In this document: piece after piece, positions 52,449-63,075 of the stretch
How the letters are laid out: every line of letters begins with the position of its first letter
How positions within the stretch are numbered: the first letter of the stretch is position 1
Assembly (NCBI GenBank): GCA_965222225.1
Contig: CBDCTK010000002.1
Location: forward strand, 608,001 to 672,000
Origin: Candidatus Poribacteria bacterium
GTDB lineage: Bacteria; Poribacteria; WGA-4E; JAJDTR01
Direction: 5' to 3'
DNA length: 64,000 bases
Position numbers and translations under genes: made by a program
The notes under the pieces: generated by a model
What the model was told of the DNA's origin: nothing
What the model saw: only the letters and a program-made list of their open reading frames with translations
Databases searched by the model: none

Positions 52449-54623
52449 TAGAATTTTAAATTAATCAAATTGGTTAGCCCTGCAAGTGGAGATATGTCCG
52501 ATATGTTATTGTGCCCGATGCTTAAGCTGTTCAATTTGGTTAATCTCGCAAGGGATGACATATCCGATATTGTGTTGAAATGAACATATAAATGTGTGAG
52601 GTCGGTTAACCCTGCAAGCGCAGACACGTCCTCTATGTCATTGACCGCAAGGTCCAAATAAATCAATCGGGTTAGCCCTGCAAGGACTGATATATCCGAA
52701 ATTCGATTAACGGCTAGTTTCAATTCTTTCAAATTGATTGCGAAACTCAAGCCCGTCAAATTGTGGACACGCTGGTTAGCCGCGGTGAGTCTTTCCAATT
52801 TTTGCATATCTTCCACGGTTATCGGGGCATTAATGGTCTTGCCAAGCGCTTCCGCAACCGCGGTTCGTAGGTTCGGATCCGGGATTTGTACATGCGTACC
52901 CGGTATTACCTCCGGCTGCGTTATAACCGGAGGTTTTCCCACTTGCTGTGGATAATCCAACGCATGAATCACATCTTGAAAACTTGACTTCCAGGTATCT
53001 CGCTTGATTTGCCCGCCGTCAAGTACGAGCAACCCTGCGCTCTGCAGGCCCGCGTTCTCACGAATCCTCTTGAGGAAGGTTTCGGTCTCCAACCCAACCA
53101 CGGCAGCGGCGTATGCCGCGTCCACCGGTCCCTGAAACGCCTCATGAAAACGTGAAATCGGTTCAACACCACCAACCACGCCTCCCGTCTCTTCAAGCGC
53201 TTCCCGATAGCGTTCCATGTCTTCACCCACACGAGCGTCCATGTCTGACTTTTCAACGTAGAGGCGCAACGCCTGCGCTTTGTCGTAGGGCGGGTTGGTA
53301 TTGCTCTCAATCACGGAACGTACCTGGTCTTCAAAGGTCTTCATGCCCTCCGTATGGCAACCTATACAGGAAAGCCCGTTGCGCACCGTCGGGTCGCTGG
53401 CAGCGGGGTTGGAAACAATGTTTATCGGCGCCTCGTCGAGACGGAAACTGGACGCATTGACAAGGTAGTATCCTTGCAAACCGTTTGGCAGATTGAAGAT
53501 AGCCTCTCCGCCATCGTGCGTGAAATTGAGCGGGTGGGTAAAGATGTTCTGTGCCCCCACACTCCCGGCAAAGTCGTAGCTTTTCCAATACGCTCCATAG
53601 CGAGAGGTATGCCGTTCCACCATTCGGTTGTTATTGGAGACACCCGAGTTGTTGAATCCCGCCCGCCAAACCCGGACTCCCGGTGCATTTGTGAGGTTAC
53701 CAACCACGTCAACATCCAGTTGTTGCTCTAATTCCCCGTCCGTTAATGGCAGAGAAAGCAGTTCATGATACAGAGGCGGGGTGGATGCTGTTGCAAGAAA
53801 CCAATCGATATGAACGGATGGTATAACGCAGTTCATCTGTGTCTGCAACCGTCCGAGTTGATTCCGCAGCCCAAGCTGTGCCGGCGCGTCAAACTCGATA
53901 TGGTAAGGATACGCTTCCTCTATCTTCGTCCAGCCGCCGATGCGATCCCACTCGTAGTGTCGCAAGTCGATGTAGAAGATGGTAGCTTGCGAGTCAATAG
54001 GCTGTGGGTTGATAACACTAACTCCCCATGAGAGGCTATTGACGAGTTTGGCGAGCGCTTTGCGGTACTCACCAAGTATCTCCGGTGTTTCCCCTGAGTT
54101 ATAGAGGTGCGTCAGTGTAAAGTAGCGAGCGTAGGCGCGGTCAAACGGTTCGAGTGTGTTGAGGTGCGTCTCAATGCTCTTGAGAATTTCGCCGGGAGAG
54201 ATAAACCGGCTATTGGTCGTGGGAATTGTCGCCCAATCGGGAGCGCCGGCTAGAATCCAGCGTCGAATTGCCTCAATCGACTGAACGGGCAACTGGGGCT
54301 GTCCGAACGGCATCTGTGCGCCGCTTTCGGTGGGGCCTAGCAGCCGTTTATACAACTCGGAGTCATTCGGATTTCCCGGAACAACCGTACCCCCTTCGAT
54401 AAGCTCGGTGTGTTCCATGAGGAGTGTTTCTCGATAAGCGCCATCGGCCCCGTGGCAGATGAGGCAACTCCCCTCAAAGATCGCATAGGCATCTTGGGCT
54501 ATCTGCGATTGGGCGGACACATTTTGAAAGCCCACGATAAGGGTCAATAAGCAGATTAAAGCGGTAATGGAATGACGTTTATACATAATTGTATCTCCAA
54601 ATTCTTCTTCCAAATATGCTGCT

Positions 54624-55535
54624 CTACACATCGCTCTCGCATTCCAAGAGGTACTTGCGACTCACGAGCGCATCCTCCAATGGCTGATCCGTTGCGGTAT
54701 TTTCAATCAGAAGATCGCCTTGATAACCGAGTCTAGTGAGGTGATTCGAGATTGACTTGAAATCGACAAATCCGTCTGTTATCCGTGTTGAAAATCCGTC
54801 CGCTGTTCTTTGCTTAATGTGAACGGAAGCGAGGTCCTCCTTCCTCACGGTGCTCCAGAAATCCTCCGGTCGATTGCTGGCAGTGCCATCAGAGCGGAAC
54901 GTGTTCGCCTGATCGTAAATCAGCGGACAACTGCCGTGTCGTGCCAATTCCAGCGTCCAAGTGGCTGACTGACGTCCATGCTCGAGGGCGAAAACCATGG
55001 GATACGAAGGCAGCAGCGACTTGTATCGCTTCACATTGGCTACTGCGACCTCTGTGTCGACATTGCCGTGGGTCTCAACGTCAACGATGCGAAATCGAGC
55101 GCCGTGAGGGCAAAGTAGATAGGCGAATTTTTTCGCCTCGATTATTCTCGCGTTATCCCCGCCGAGGTCGTGTGGTTCGGCGAGCCAGACATGCGATGCC
55201 GCGTAACTCAAAGTTAGACCTGACATCTTTCCCACGAAGTCACACACCTGGTCGAAAAGTGAGTTGTGCTCCGCCTTAATGAGTTTGCTCCAACTCGCGC
55301 CGCGCCATAATGCTTCACAGATGGTTTTCCATCGTTCGTCCGTGTAGGCGTACATCGCAGCCTCAATTTTCCGCATCATGTCCCCAAATTCCGAGTTGCG
55401 GAGGTAGTTGTGGTCCCGTACTTCCATCTCGCGAAACCCGTTTTCGCCGAATTTCGAGGCGAGATCTTCAAAGGAATCGCCGCTTTCCATGCGCTTCGCC
55501 CATATGTTTGTGACGATGCCAAGTTTTTCGTACAT
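54624..55535 (-). CDS. Sugar phosphate isomerase/epimerase (xylose isomerase-like TIM barrel)
   Basis: FALEH, IYDQAN, VHIKQ, GFVDF and GYQGDLLIE motifs. Confidence 0.75.
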   Translation of the reverse strand: MYEKLGIVTNIWAKRMESGDSFEDLASKFGENGFREMEVRDHNYLRNSEFGDMMRKIEAAMYAYTDERWKTICEALWRGASWSKLIKAEHNSLFDQVCDFVGKMSGLTLSYAASHVWLAEPHDLGGDNARIIEAKKFAYLLCPHGARFRIVDVETHGNVDTEVAVANVKRYKSLLPSYPMVFALEHGRQSATWTLELARHGSCPLIYDQANTFRSDGTASNRPEDFWSTVRKEDLASVHIKQRTADGFSTRITDGFVDFKSISNHLTRLGYQGDLLIENTATDQPLEDALVSRKYLLECESDV

Positions 55536-55867
55536 GCGAGGCTCCTAAAGCCGTATTTGCTGCACCAAAAATCCAAGAATACAAAACTTCATTATAACAT
55601 AACCCAAGAGCCAATCAAACAGGGAAATCGTGATGTAGCGAAGCCCCTGCATTCCACTTAGGATTGGACACGCTGACAATGGTTGCCTCCAATATGTCGA
55701 ACAATTCGTCTTTGCCGTCGGCGAATTGCGCGCCTTATGTACGGACAGGGACATGAAGATTCACAAATCAGTCTGCAAATAAATAAGGGGTGTGCATACG
55801 TAGGCACCTTGGTCGTAATTGCAGAATGTGATTAGATTAACCCTATTGCAGTGTATATACATTGCGG

Positions 55868-55911
55868 GATCTCTATCGATCAACTGACCGAATAGGGAAG
55901 GCGATAGGAAA
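55868..55911 (-). repeat. Interspersed repeat, copy 3 (inverted)
   Basis: Reverse complement matches 49238-49281 with a few mismatches. Confidence 0.75.
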
Positions 55912-56070
55912 TCTTACTCGATATCCCCTAGCTCGATCTCCTCCGGAGCGAAGGTATCCGTCGGATCGTTCGTGCTATTGTGTATTTGGTTTTTTGAAGA
56001 TACACCAGCCCAGTGGCAGCTTTGTTTGCTTGTCCGCGTTTTCTGTGTAATCTGCTGAATCCGTGATTCA

Positions 56071-56640
56071 GACAATGATTATGCACACCGCTCAACTTAT
56101 CTAGAAGATTGGGATGGAAATAACTATCCTGACGATAAAGAGGACCATCTGGTTACATGGGTAAGTTGGCATGCGGCGCTGGCTTACGCAGCGTGGGCAG
56201 GCATACGGCTGCCGACAGAGGCAGAGTGGGAATTTGCAGCACGCGGTGGATTGGCAAATCAAAGTTACCCGTGGGGCAATTCAATTGATGCAAACAAGGC
56301 AAACTACAACGGAAATGTCGGAGACACGACTACTGTTAGTGTCTATCCTGCTAACAATTACGGTCTCTACGATATGGCGGGCAACGTTTGGGAATGGTGT
56401 CTCGATGAATACCAAAGCGATTTCCACAGAAATTCCCCGTACCGGAATCCAATTGCAGGCGCAACCCGTATCCAAAACATGATAAGCAATTTCAGAGACG
56501 TTGAAACTCCGCGGGTGTTGCGTGGGGGATCTTTGGTCACCGAGCGTCAAAGCGTGGAGGTTTCTACGCGCGCTGAATCCTCGCCGCGGTATGCAGACTT
56601 CGATCTCGGTTTCCGTTGCGTGAAGGACAAGAAATCTTAA
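56071..56640 (+). pseudogene. Formylglycine-generating enzyme (FGE-sulfatase) domain, 5'-truncated
   Basis: VTWVSWHAALAYAAWAGIRLPTEAEWEFAARGG, NNYGLYDMAGNVWEW and GFRCV. No proper start codon. Confidence 0.85.
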
Positions 56641-56707
56641 AACCTCGATTGCATCGAAAAAGATGGCGATGCACAAGACCTCGCGCAACAACACAATTGG
56701 GTCATAC

Positions 56708-58816
56708 CTATGAATTGTCAGATTCTATCTGTACGGCGCAGAATTTCAACTCCGGCTGCTGAGATACCGGATCAAACGCTGGATTCGTCACGTAATTCGC
56801 ATTAGTCTTGGCGTGGAAGAGATCGCCCCAATGGAACGGTGTAAAGAGCAATCCACGTCGAATCGTTTCTGTGACACGCGCCCGCGCATAGCACCGTCCA
56901 CGTCGCCCGACAAGATAGATCCACTCACCGTCTTGAACGTCGTTTTCTACTGCATCATCCGGATGGATTTCCACGAACGGTTCCGGGTCCTTACGGACCA
57001 GCTGCGGCACCTTGCCTGTCCGAGTGCGCGTATGCCACTGACTCGCGACACGTCCTGTTGTCAAACCGAGTGGGAATTCCTCATTTGTGTCTTCATCCGG
57101 TGGTTGATAGACCGGCGTTTTGAATTGTGCTTTCCCGGAACCGGTGAAAAACTTCGTGCGGACGTATCGGCGCGCCGTGCCTGGATGTCGTGGATGCGGA
57201 CAGGGCCATTGCAGTGATGTTTTCGCGAGGCGTTCATTCGTCATCCCCATCTGATCACAAGGGGTACCTGCTGTTAGAAGCCGATATTCATCCCAGACCT
57301 CTTCAGCGGTAAAGAAGTCGAAATTCCGCTTAAATCCCATCGCTCTCGCGACCTGTGTGAATATCCACCAATCCGGTTTTGCCTCACCGGGAGGGACGAG
57401 GAACTGATCGCTTCGGACGACGAGCCGTTCGCTATTCGTCATTGTGCCTTGCTTTTCACCCCACTGCGCCGCTGGGAGCAGTACATCCGCATACTCCGCT
57501 GTCTCTGTCGGGTAATAACAATCCTGCACGATGACCAAGTCCGCACGCCGCAAGCCTTCTTGCGATACTTTTGTATTGGGCATGCTGACTGCCGGGTTTG
57601 TGCAGGCGATCCAGAGTGCGCGAACTTTCCCCTCAGCCGCTGCTTCAAACATCGGCACCGCTGTTAATCCCGGTTTCGAGTCAATGCTCCCCGGTGGCAC
57701 TCGCCACGCGCCTTCCAGATAGGCACGGTGCATATCATTGGTGACAACACGATAGCCGGGCAACTGGTGAGACAGATAACCGACCTCTCTGCCACCCATC
57801 GCATTCGGTTGTCCGGTCAACGAAAATGGACCGGCACCCTTTACGCCAACTTCACCTAATTGCAAATGTAGATTGATGAGGGCAACATTTTTGTCAACGC
57901 CGCTTGTGCTTTGATTGGTGCCTTGGCAGTAAAAGCTGAGCAATCGACCTGGTTTAGAGAGGTATTCAACGATCTCGTCAATACGTGCAGGGTGAATATC
58001 GCAGGCAGTGAGAAGCGCGTCTTCGTCTAAGCTGTCCAAATGGTTCTCATACGCACTGAAGTTTCCCGTACTTCTGCGGATGAAACGTCTATTGACGCGC
58101 CCTATCGCAATGAGGCGTTTGGCAATGAGTTGAAGGAACGCAACGTCGCTTCCGGGTGCGAGCGGCACATGGATATCCGAGAAATCTGCTGTCTTCGTGC
58201 GGCGTGGGTCTACGGCGATAATCCGCGTGCTCGGTTCTACTGTACGTCGTTTCCGAATCATCTGGAAGAGAACAGGGTGATTCGCTACCATATTCGCGCC
58301 GATAATCAGAAAGACATCCGCGTGCTGGATATCGTCATAGCAGGTAGGCGGACCGTCTGAGCCGAACGCCTGCATGTAACCAACTACGGCAGAAGACATA
58401 CAGAGCCGACTATTTGTGTCCACGTTATTCGTCCGTAGAAATCCTTTGAATAATTTGTTGAAAACGTAGGAAGCCTCTGTGTCCAATTGTCCAGATCCGT
58501 AGAGCGCAATGGAATCCTTGCCGTGCTCCAATTGGATTTCGTGAAGCCGATTTGCTGTGAAAGCGATAGCCTCGTCCCACGAAACTTCGCGCGCGGGTTC
58601 GCCTCTGCGATCCCGAATTATGGGATACGCGAGTCTACCGTCATGATTTTGAAAGACCTGTTTCAGATGTGCACCTTTCGGACAAAGCATTCCATAATTT
58701 GGGGCGACATCGTCGTCCGCTGAGATTCTCGTAATCTTGTTATCCTGGACGGTTGCCCTGATGACGCAACCGACCCCACAATAGGGACATACCGCTTTTC
58801 CTGTTGAATTTTCCAT
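56708..58816 (-). CDS. narB: Assimilatory nitrate reductase, molybdopterin catalytic subunit (NarB/NasA type)
   Basis: CPYCGVGC, DTNSRLCMSS, TGQPNAMGGRE and DPVSQQPELK. Clustered with narK and nirA. Confidence 0.9.
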   Translation of the reverse strand: MENSTGKAVCPYCGVGCVIRATVQDNKITRISADDDVAPNYGMLCPKGAHLKQVFQNHDGRLAYPIIRDRRGEPAREVSWDEAIAFTANRLHEIQLEHGKDSIALYGSGQLDTEASYVFNKLFKGFLRTNNVDTNSRLCMSSAVVGYMQAFGSDGPPTCYDDIQHADVFLIIGANMVANHPVLFQMIRKRRTVEPSTRIIAVDPRRTKTADFSDIHVPLAPGSDVAFLQLIAKRLIAIGRVNRRFIRRSTGNFSAYENHLDSLDEDALLTACDIHPARIDEIVEYLSKPGRLLSFYCQGTNQSTSGVDKNVALINLHLQLGEVGVKGAGPFSLTGQPNAMGGREVGYLSHQLPGYRVVTNDMHRAYLEGAWRVPPGSIDSKPGLTAVPMFEAAAEGKVRALWIACTNPAVSMPNTKVSQEGLRRADLVIVQDCYYPTETAEYADVLLPAAQWGEKQGTMTNSERLVVRSDQFLVPPGEAKPDWWIFTQVARAMGFKRNFDFFTAEEVWDEYRLLTAGTPCDQMGMTNERLAKTSLQWPCPHPRHPGTARRYVRTKFFTGSGKAQFKTPVYQPPDEDTNEEFPLGLTTGRVASQWHTRTRTGKVPQLVRKDPEPFVEIHPDDAVENDVQDGEWIYLVGRRGRCYARARVTETIRRGLLFTPFHWGDLFHAKTNANYVTNPAFDPVSQQPELKFCAVQIESDNS

Positions 58817-58922
58817 TTTTTAATTATTGAGTTTCTGCGCCGATTTTTCCGTTGTCAAAATCGGGTTTTCGATCAGTTTGATGAGTATTGGTTATGAAAC
58901 GAATTAATTTGATCAGAGTCAT

Positions 58923-59030
58923 GGGCAGACACGGGGATCCGCCCATACGTTGAATAAGACTTACGCAATTCATCGATCGTTCCGTTCCAAATCGTTCCTC
59001 TAAAGCGTCAGGGTTACAAACCCCTCTCAC
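58923..59030 (-). repeat. Two degenerate REP-like palindromes
   Basis: Minus strand GTATGGGCGGATCCCCGTGTCTGCCC and GTGAGAGGGGTTTGTAACCCTGA. Confidence 0.5.
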
Positions 59031-59044
59031 AAGTTGAAGAAGGA

Positions 59045-60406
59045 TTAGGTTAATGCACCTTCGGCTCTCAGACGTTGTCTCTCTGCGAGTGCTGCATCAA
59101 ACTCTCCCTTCTCTGCGGCTTGAACTGCGGGGGAGAACCTCACTAATACCGTGCCAACTGAGGCGACTGTAACCATTACGCCGAGATATAGCAAGCCTTG
59201 CTGCGTCGTGATACTCTCGGAACGGAACAGGAACCCCGACGCAACGGCACCAGCGTTTCCACCCGCGCCGACGATACCGGCAACAGCTCCCAACGCCTTC
59301 CTATTGATAAACGGAACGATTCCAAACGTCGCGCCTTCGGACATCTGCACGAAGAGACTGAAGACAATCATCGTTCCAACAGCGAGCACAAGCACTGCCA
59401 TTTGCGCGAACACTATCAACATGAACCCCTCACCTAACAGAACAACGAAGAGGAACATGACACGCCCGCGAAGCCCTATCTTTTTCGCAAAGAAATCGGA
59501 GAAAAACCCACCGAGGCTTCGTGCAAAGATGTTCATTAAACCGAACAAGCCAGCGATAAGTCCTGCTGTCTTGACATCCAATTGGAAATTGTCGTGATAG
59601 TAGAGCGCGGCGATGTTGTTAATGGTTAATTCCACCCCGAAACAGGCGGCATAAATGAGGAAAAGTGCCCAGACACGGTAGTCTTTAATCGCCAGTATGA
59701 AAGATTCCATGCCTTTGCCTTCCGAAGACTCAAGTTCGCCGCGTTCACGGAGTTCTTTATAATTCCCATCGGGTGCGTCTTGGGTCAAGAAGTAATAAGC
59801 AAACCCAGTGATAAACAGAGCGACACCGGGAACAATCATCGCCAGCCGCCATCCGAGGGATTCATTGACACCCAAGCTGAGAACAGCGGTAAAGATGAGG
59901 GGCATCACCATCTGGGTAACACCGCCACCGAGGTTGCCCCATCCCGCTGTTGTGGCATTCGCAGTGCCGACACAGTTCGGCGCGAACATCACCGATGTGT
60001 GATACTGCGTGATGACGAACGACGCGCCGATTGCACCGATTGCCAATCGAAATAGTAGAAACGTCTCATAATTCTGGGCAAGTCCAATCCCAATGACGGG
60101 CAGTGAACCGAGAATTAGGAGCCATGTATATGCCTTTCGAGAGCCGATCTTGTCGCAGAGCGGTCCGATTAAGACGCGCACCAGCACTGTAATTGCGACA
60201 GAGGCGATAGTTGTATTACCGATCTGTGCTTTTGTTAACATCAGATCTTCGCGCACAATCACCATCAGTGGTGCAACCCCAAACCAACCGAAAAAGGCTA
60301 AGAAGAAAGCGAACCATGTGGTATGGAAGGCGCGCATCTGGACCGATTTTAAACTGAAGAGATTTATCTGTGTCGCTTTATTTTTGAGATCCATAAATTT
60401 CTCCAA
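59045..60406 (-). CDS. narK: NarK/NRT2 family nitrate/nitrite MFS transporter
   Basis: AGWGNLGGG, FGVELT and GIVGAGGNAG motifs. Confidence 0.93.
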   Translation of the reverse strand: MEKFMDLKNKATQINLFSLKSVQMRAFHTTWFAFFLAFFGWFGVAPLMVIVREDLMLTKAQIGNTTIASVAITVLVRVLIGPLCDKIGSRKAYTWLLILGSLPVIGIGLAQNYETFLLFRLAIGAIGASFVITQYHTSVMFAPNCVGTANATTAGWGNLGGGVTQMVMPLIFTAVLSLGVNESLGWRLAMIVPGVALFITGFAYYFLTQDAPDGNYKELRERGELESSEGKGMESFILAIKDYRVWALFLIYAACFGVELTINNIAALYYHDNFQLDVKTAGLIAGLFGLMNIFARSLGGFFSDFFAKKIGLRGRVMFLFVVLLGEGFMLIVFAQMAVLVLAVGTMIVFSLFVQMSEGATFGIVPFINRKALGAVAGIVGAGGNAGAVASGFLFRSESITTQQGLLYLGVMVTVASVGTVLVRFSPAVQAAEKGEFDAALAERQRLRAEGALT

Positions 60407-60516
60407 CTTTTGAATAGCCGTTTGGGTCTATTCCCGCGTCGAATTTTCCTTTCTATAATGTTGTTAATTTTAGTTATGCGCGTGTGGAAGCACGCAAGTT
60501 TACATTCACTCGCCCT

Positions 60517-62133
60517 TCACCTCCGTGAAAGGTAAGGAACGAGTCCTTCAAGTAATTGCGGCAAATCGTCGCAAGGCACATTCTCCAATAACTTCGGTGC
60601 TACTTTTGGGTTAGCACTGGCATCTCCCTTGAGGAACACATCCACCGCATCGGTAAGGACACCATCAATCTTAATCTTCTTACCGAGCAGACCAATATCT
60701 GCAGCGGCGTGGTTGCCACATCCGTTTGGACAGCCAGACCAGTGTATCGTCAACGGTTTGGTATTACTGAGTTTTGCTTCCAAATGCCGGATTGCCTCCA
60801 TCGCGCGCTCTTTCGTTTCAATAAGCGAGAAGTGACAATAGTCGATACCCGTGCAACTCACCATGCCGCGCATGACTTCCGAGGGGTCGTAGCGAAGCTC
60901 CTGTAGGAGCGGTTCAGCGGTTAAGTCCCCGATTTTTGTGTCCGGTACATTCGTGATAATCAGATTCTGTCCCTGCGTGAGGCGGATGTCACCGGTGCCG
61001 TATTCATCGGCGAGGCGAGCGACCTCGAAAAGCTGCGTCGTTGTGATGCGTCCGACAGGTACAACAAGTCCGGCGTAATTAAGGTGTGGCTCTTTCTGTG
61101 AGAAGATACCAGTGTGGTCGGTCTTGTTCTTGCCGCGCGCATCTTTACCCGCTGTCAGGAGCGGCTGTTTTCTGTGCCGACGTCTTTCTAATTCTTTTCG
61201 GAATTTTTCTATACCCCAATCTGCAATCAGAAAAGCAAGACGAGATTTATTCCGAGCTGTCCGCGGTCCATGATCTCGGAAAATTAGCGTAATGTCCGCA
61301 CACAAAACTGAGGCATCTTCAGGGATAATAAACACATCAAGTGGTTGCGCGACGGTATACCCGCCAGAACCCATCTTTCCGCCAACCGCGACGTTAAAGC
61401 CTTTCATCTCTTGACCATCAATCTCCTTTTCCGCAGGGGTAAGCGCAATGTCCTGTGAGGCTGTATGGGTACAGTTATCCAAACATCCCGTGATACCGAC
61501 ATTAAACTTACGCGGAATATCGGTGAATTCCCTGTTACCGACAATGAGTCTTGTGAATTCCCTACCAACATGGGAAGCATCAAAGAGTTCATTCGGTGTC
61601 AATCCGGCAACGGGACACCCGATCACGCCGCGAATATTGTCGAAACCAGTTTGGAGTGAACCTAAACCGACCTCCTCAAGCCGATTCCAGATGTGCTGGA
61701 CATTCTCAATCGCGAAACCTCGGAGCTGAATCTGCTGACGCGTCGTGAGATCCACGAATCCGGGTCCGTGTGCTTCACTGATTTCGGCAATAGCGCGGAA
61801 CTGCTCGGCGTTGCTAAAACCGCTAGACATACGGAGGCGCATCATAAATGCTCCGGGGATTTGCTTTCGATAAAAGACACCTACCCACTTAAGCCGGTCA
61901 CGTTCGTTCGGTGGAATAGATTCCCACCCGTCCCGAATATAGTTTGGAATGTCATTGATTACCTCCAGCCCATTTTTTTCGCGCTTTAGGAGCTCTGCAG
62001 CATTTATCTTTGATTTCCCTTCTTTGGCAGCCGTTGCGCTTTTCAGACTCGGTGCCGAACGCACACTTCGGCTTGTAGAAATAGCCTTCTTTTTTGATTG
62101 GTTCACTTTTGAATCTCCTTCAGAAACAGGCAT
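60517..62133 (-). CDS. nirA: Ferredoxin-nitrite reductase
   Basis: TTRQQIQ, PRKFN, and CTGIDYC...SGCPNGC siroheme/4Fe-4S ligands. Confidence 0.92.
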   Translation of the reverse strand: MPVSEGDSKVNQSKKKAISTSRSVRSAPSLKSATAAKEGKSKINAAELLKREKNGLEVINDIPNYIRDGWESIPPNERDRLKWVGVFYRKQIPGAFMMRLRMSSGFSNAEQFRAIAEISEAHGPGFVDLTTRQQIQLRGFAIENVQHIWNRLEEVGLGSLQTGFDNIRGVIGCPVAGLTPNELFDASHVGREFTRLIVGNREFTDIPRKFNVGITGCLDNCTHTASQDIALTPAEKEIDGQEMKGFNVAVGGKMGSGGYTVAQPLDVFIIPEDASVLCADITLIFRDHGPRTARNKSRLAFLIADWGIEKFRKELERRRHRKQPLLTAGKDARGKNKTDHTGIFSQKEPHLNYAGLVVPVGRITTTQLFEVARLADEYGTGDIRLTQGQNLIITNVPDTKIGDLTAEPLLQELRYDPSEVMRGMVSCTGIDYCHFSLIETKERAMEAIRHLEAKLSNTKPLTIHWSGCPNGCGNHAAADIGLLGKKIKIDGVLTDAVDVFLKGDASANPKVAPKLLENVPCDDLPQLLEGLVPYLSRR

Positions 62134-62154
62134 CCTATAGGGTTAGGCGGAAAT

Positions 62155-62228
62155 AAAAAAGGCATCTATCAGCGAGTGTAAACTCAGCCAGATAGACACC
62201 TGTGTCCGGTCCCAAATCACCATTGATT
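62155..62228 (-). promoter_or_regulatory. ANTAR-binding dual-hexaloop leader RNA overlapping an intrinsic terminator
   Basis: Minus strand AATC-AATGGT-GATT and GAC-ACAGGT-GTC (A1/G4 hexaloops). The second overlaps the terminator AGGTGTCTATC...GATAGATGCC-T6. Confidence 0.88.
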
Positions 62229-62366
62229 GGCTGTTGTTATTATCTACATTGTTTGCCCAGTGGCATAAAGTCCTCCAGTCCTACTGAGCAAAATAAGCAA
62301 TTCTAATGTGTACGCGCTGTTCACCCTTGAACACACGCACTTTTATAGTGGAAACGAATATCTTCT

Positions 62367-62994
62367 CTATAATTTGTTCGTCAATACATCTGCAACGGAC
62401 AGCACGTCTTCTGAGATTTCCGCGAGCCGTTTTCTGCGATTCATCGCCATCTTCCGCAAAATTTGATACGCTTGTGATTCGTTACAGCCGCGTTGTTGCG
62501 CGACCAGTTCCTTTGCGCGTTCTATAATTTTGCGTTCGGCAAGGTTTGTCTTTGTCTTTTCAAGTTCCTGTTGCACCGCTCGGAATTCATAAAATCGGGC
62601 AACAGCCGATTCGATAATGGTTTAACTCGGGCACCAGTAAGTTTTCCGACAGCATACGCGGACACACCGGCACGCGTCGTTGCCTAGATCGTCTCTGATC
62701 GCTCATCTCTCGAAAACATGATTGTCGGTCATGGATAACTTTCAAGGAGAGACGCGACCCAACTGAGTACCGCGTGCCCCGGAAAATCAACACCAATCAG
62801 TATGATGTCTGGCTTTACCAGTGCAACCTGCTCAGCCACGTCTTCCTGTAGACGTATAGGCACGGCGACTTTGTAACGACTTGCTTCCAGAATACCAATT
62901 AACGAATTCGCCCGCTCCGGATTGTTATCAATGATTAGGATCGCCCCTTCCTAGTAACGGGTGGGGACTCCGGCGTTGAGGTGACCGTTTCCAT
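62367..62994 (-). pseudogene. nasT: ANTAR antiterminator NasT, pseudogenised
   Basis: Receiver-like N-terminal part and LAERKIIERAK...AYQILRKMAMNRRKRLAEIS. In-frame TGA (62729-62731) and TAG (62684-62686), plus two frameshifts. Confidence 0.87.
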
Positions 62995-63075
62995 CCTCCA
63001 CCCTTTCCCAAGTTAATTCCGCGTAAAGATAGCTGAAACAACGAGGCATGTTAACCTTACATAACAGAACAGATT

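Larger units (their letters stand above)
49307..54586 (-). pseudogene. Secreted diheme cytochrome c-LRR-cohesin-dockerin protein, paralog C, interrupted by IS1595
   Basis: Removing 51200-52448 and one TSD restores the frame: LTNLINLKF-YDNQISDISAL. Confidence 0.92.

Noticed and set aside
62295-62315. Sigma54 promoter directly upstream of the nirA leader
   Set aside because: The -12 TTGC is present, but the -24 GG is replaced by CA.
1809-62731. Stop-codon reassignment explaining the in-frame stops
   Set aside because: All three stop codons appear as lesions, along with frameshifts, and all three end normal genes.
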